The notes beneath the pieces are model-generated. The model was given only the letters and a program-made list of their open reading frames with translations. It was not told the DNA's origin and searched no databases. A stretch of DNA of 64,000 nt, taken from assembly GCA_019828565.1 (NCBI GenBank), contig JAHDYR010000038.1, positions 1,128,552 through 1,192,551 on the forward strand, in the 5' to 3' direction. The stretch is from Carpediemonas membranifera BICM (Eukaryota; Protista; Fornicata). The translations under genes were made by a program, and so were the position numbers. Positions 61,848 through 64,000 of this stretch are shown here, piece after piece (position 1 is the stretch's first letter; every line of letters starts with the position of its first letter).

Positions 61848-63677
61848 TTACGGTGTCGCAGCGACTCGGCCGACGCTCAGACGCCGTGTGTGAGCGGTCC
61901 GCTGCCGCTGGATGTTGGCATTGAGCCGGTCGAGGACGGACTGGGACACGACGCCCATGTCCCGCAGCTCGACATACAGCCCCCGCACGAAGTCCACCAT
62001 GAAGCTCAGCGTCAGCTTGCGGCACTGGGCGATGTCCTTCAGCCCGGCCTCGGCGGCGATCATGCCGGACCAGTAGCTCGCCACATGCCCCGCCCGCACG
62101 CTGTTCGAGATGTCCGCGGCCTTGAGGATGAGCACGAGCAGCAGCAGCCTGTCCTCGGGGTAGTCGAGGCTCCATGCGGGCCACACGGTGTCGCTGTCGG
62201 CGTCCGAGAGGGCCAGGTCCGTCGGGCCGTCGAACTCCACGTCCGAGCCCTCGTCCGTGCGGGAGTCCAGTGATATGACACTCATGCGGCGCTCGGCCGA
62301 GGACGCGTCGTCGTCGAGGGACCCCACCGATAGGGGGCCGTGGACGGCGTCCTCGTTCGACGCCCCGCTGCCGGACGTCTGCTCAGACCCCCGCCGGATA
62401 GACGACGGCCGGGGCGTCGTGGCGGACTTGACGCGGTACCTGTGGGTTCGGAACGCCGGGATGAGGGCGATGGCCTCCGAGGGGGCGACCCGACCCGCTA
62501 CCCGGTCCCGGGCGGTCTGCAGGATGGTGCCGTGGTACGCCATGTCCGTGCACAGGATGAGGGATACGATGCGGCGGAGGATGTCGCACTTTAACTCGTG
62601 CGGGAGATGGTGGAAGAGCGCGTAGGCGTTGTTGTTCTGGATGCGCATGAAGTACGAGCAGTGGAAGGACTCCAGCACACTGGACGAGTAGATCATCGCT
62701 AGGATGTTGCCGCTCGCCGTCAGCTGGACGTTGGTCTGCCCGACGTGCCCGACGTCGTGGCTGAGAGCCGCCACGAACAGCACGAGCATGTCAGTACGGG
62801 TGAACATGCCCGGGGGGACGGCTGGGTCGGTCACGAAGGCGTAGCACGCCTGCATGACATCGACGGCGTGGCGGAAGTTGTGGTAGTGGTTCCGGCGGTA
62901 GCCCTGGGTCTCCAGCAGCCGGACCATGCGGTAGAAGGCTCGGCGGGGCACGAAGATGTCCTGGGAGTGGTCGAACAGCCCTGTCTCGACCATGATACAG
63001 ACCGGGATGGCCGCGAGGTCCCTGCTGGCCACCGAGGTGATGTCAAAGTCCCACCGAGACAGCTGGGAGTGGGCACCACTGCCAAACAGCAGCTGGCCGC
63101 GCGTCACAGTGTCGTTGAATGCTGCGAGTGGCTCCTCGATCTCCGGGGGCCGCAGCAGTTCGATCATCTCGAGCCTGTCCATGAGCTTTGCAACCAGCGA
63201 GGACTTCTGGGACTGCACTGGCTGGTAGTGCTCGCTGAGATAGTGCCGGGCCTCCCAGATGGTCGACTTGATGGCGGAGGAGACGATCTGGCGCTTGAGG
63301 AGGAAGGCGTGCGAGTGGATGTGGACCCTGTCCGCGGACATCGCCACGACGAACGTGTTCGGGACATCCTCGCGCATGAGGCGAAGGAAGCGGCGGGCGT
63401 CGAAAATGGGCATTTGGACGTCGAGGAAGATGCACACGCGGAGATGGCCGCCGATAGCCTTCACAATCTCGGCAGCAACAAGCCCATCGTCCACATCGAG
63501 TATTGCATCGGTTTCCTGCTTGAACTTGTTGACAAGGAAGCGCATTCTTCTGCGAACGACAGGGTCATCGTCCACGATGAGGAAAAGCACGCTCGTCGTG
63601 GGATCGAAGGACGGGTGAAACGTTTGAAATGGCAATGACGTGTCTTGCGTCTTTGTAGACGTGTCGGAAGTCGACAT
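61848..63677 (-). CDS. Response-regulator receiver domain fused to a class I cyclic-nucleotide phosphodiesterase (RegA-like architecture)
   Basis: Receiver: LIVDDD, FLDVQMP, AMSA, LLK. PDE: YHNFRHAVDV, HDVGHVG..N, LESFH, TDM, ADISN. Confidence 0.9.
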   Translation of the reverse strand: MSTSDTSTKTQDTSLPFQTFHPSFDPTTSVLFLIVDDDPVVRRRMRFLVNKFKQETDAILDVDDGLVAAEIVKAIGGHLRVCIFLDVQMPIFDARRFLRLMREDVPNTFVVAMSADRVHIHSHAFLLKRQIVSSAIKSTIWEARHYLSEHYQPVQSQKSSLVAKLMDRLEMIELLRPPEIEEPLAAFNDTVTRGQLLFGSGAHSQLSRWDFDITSVASRDLAAIPVCIMVETGLFDHSQDIFVPRRAFYRMVRLLETQGYRRNHYHNFRHAVDVMQACYAFVTDPAVPPGMFTRTDMLVLFVAALSHDVGHVGQTNVQLTASGNILAMIYSSSVLESFHCSYFMRIQNNNAYALFHHLPHELKCDILRRIVSLILCTDMAYHGTILQTARDRVAGRVAPSEAIALIPAFRTHRYRVKSATTPRPSSIRRGSEQTSGSGASNEDAVHGPLSVGSLDDDASSAERRMSVISLDSRTDEGSDVEFDGPTDLALSDADSDTVWPAWSLDYPEDRLLLLVLILKAADISNSVRAGHVASYWSGMIAAEAGLKDIAQCRKLTLSFMVDFVRGLYVELRDMGVVSQSVLDRLNANIQRQRTAHTRRLSVGRVAATP

Positions 63678-64000
63678 TGCTCATACCATTGCCGAGTTCG
63701 CACGAAAGATCGCAAGAACGAAAGTGCCTTAACGTGCGGAAAACTCCTTGTTCAATTAACAGAGCCCGCGGCGGTGACTGCTGTTCCTCTGGAACTGCGG
63801 CACTACCGGACAATGATCTTGAGGTTGGGTGGCGTGCGACCTTGTCATGCCGCCACAAAACCAGGAACGGGGCGAGAGAAGCGAAGTCGGGCCTTGCTAA
63901 CTACCACTGGTATCGCTTTTTAAGCGAGTATGAAGGCGGAGTCATGCTGAGAAAACTCGGGCACAGTTGGCGATAGCACGAGCCGAAACCACGCATATGC

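Noticed and set aside
1-64000. Species assignment
   Set aside because: Gene content suggests a compact protist genome, but nothing in the window identifies the organism without a search.

Overview
Eukaryotic, GC-rich, apparently intron-poor DNA, probably from a protist. Positions 1-55.8 kb form a retrotransposon island, followed by three host genes. (1) 1-12.1 kb: three head-to-tail CRE/SLACS-type restriction-like-endonuclease non-LTR retrotransposons, stacked site-specifically at nt 13 of a tRNA-Glu(CTC) gene that stays intact at 12150-12222. (2) 12.2-24.5 kb: a DIRS-like tyrosine-recombinase retroelement (gag, RT, RNase H, methyltransferase-like domain, YR) whose gag-RT(-RH) part is amplified six-fold from one fixed 5' breakpoint. 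(3) 24.6-55.8 kb: one old minus-strand Ty3/gypsy element (Z, about 3.1 kb left) split by six younger chromodomain-bearing gypsy insertions from five families (A, B containing C1, D containing E, and C2). These have identical, very short LTR pairs (53-130 bp) and clean 4-5 bp TSDs. (4) 56.2-63.7 kb: a coiled-coil protein, a secreted FG-GAP propeller protein and a receiver-domain cyclic-nucleotide phosphodiesterase. The most striking signal: all six gypsy families lack a tRNA primer-binding site. Each instead has a different perfect 10-14 bp palindrome starting exactly on the terminal A of the 5' LTR, suggesting a tRNA-independent, palindrome-based priming mechanism. Many frameshifts sit in homopolymers and may be consensus errors.
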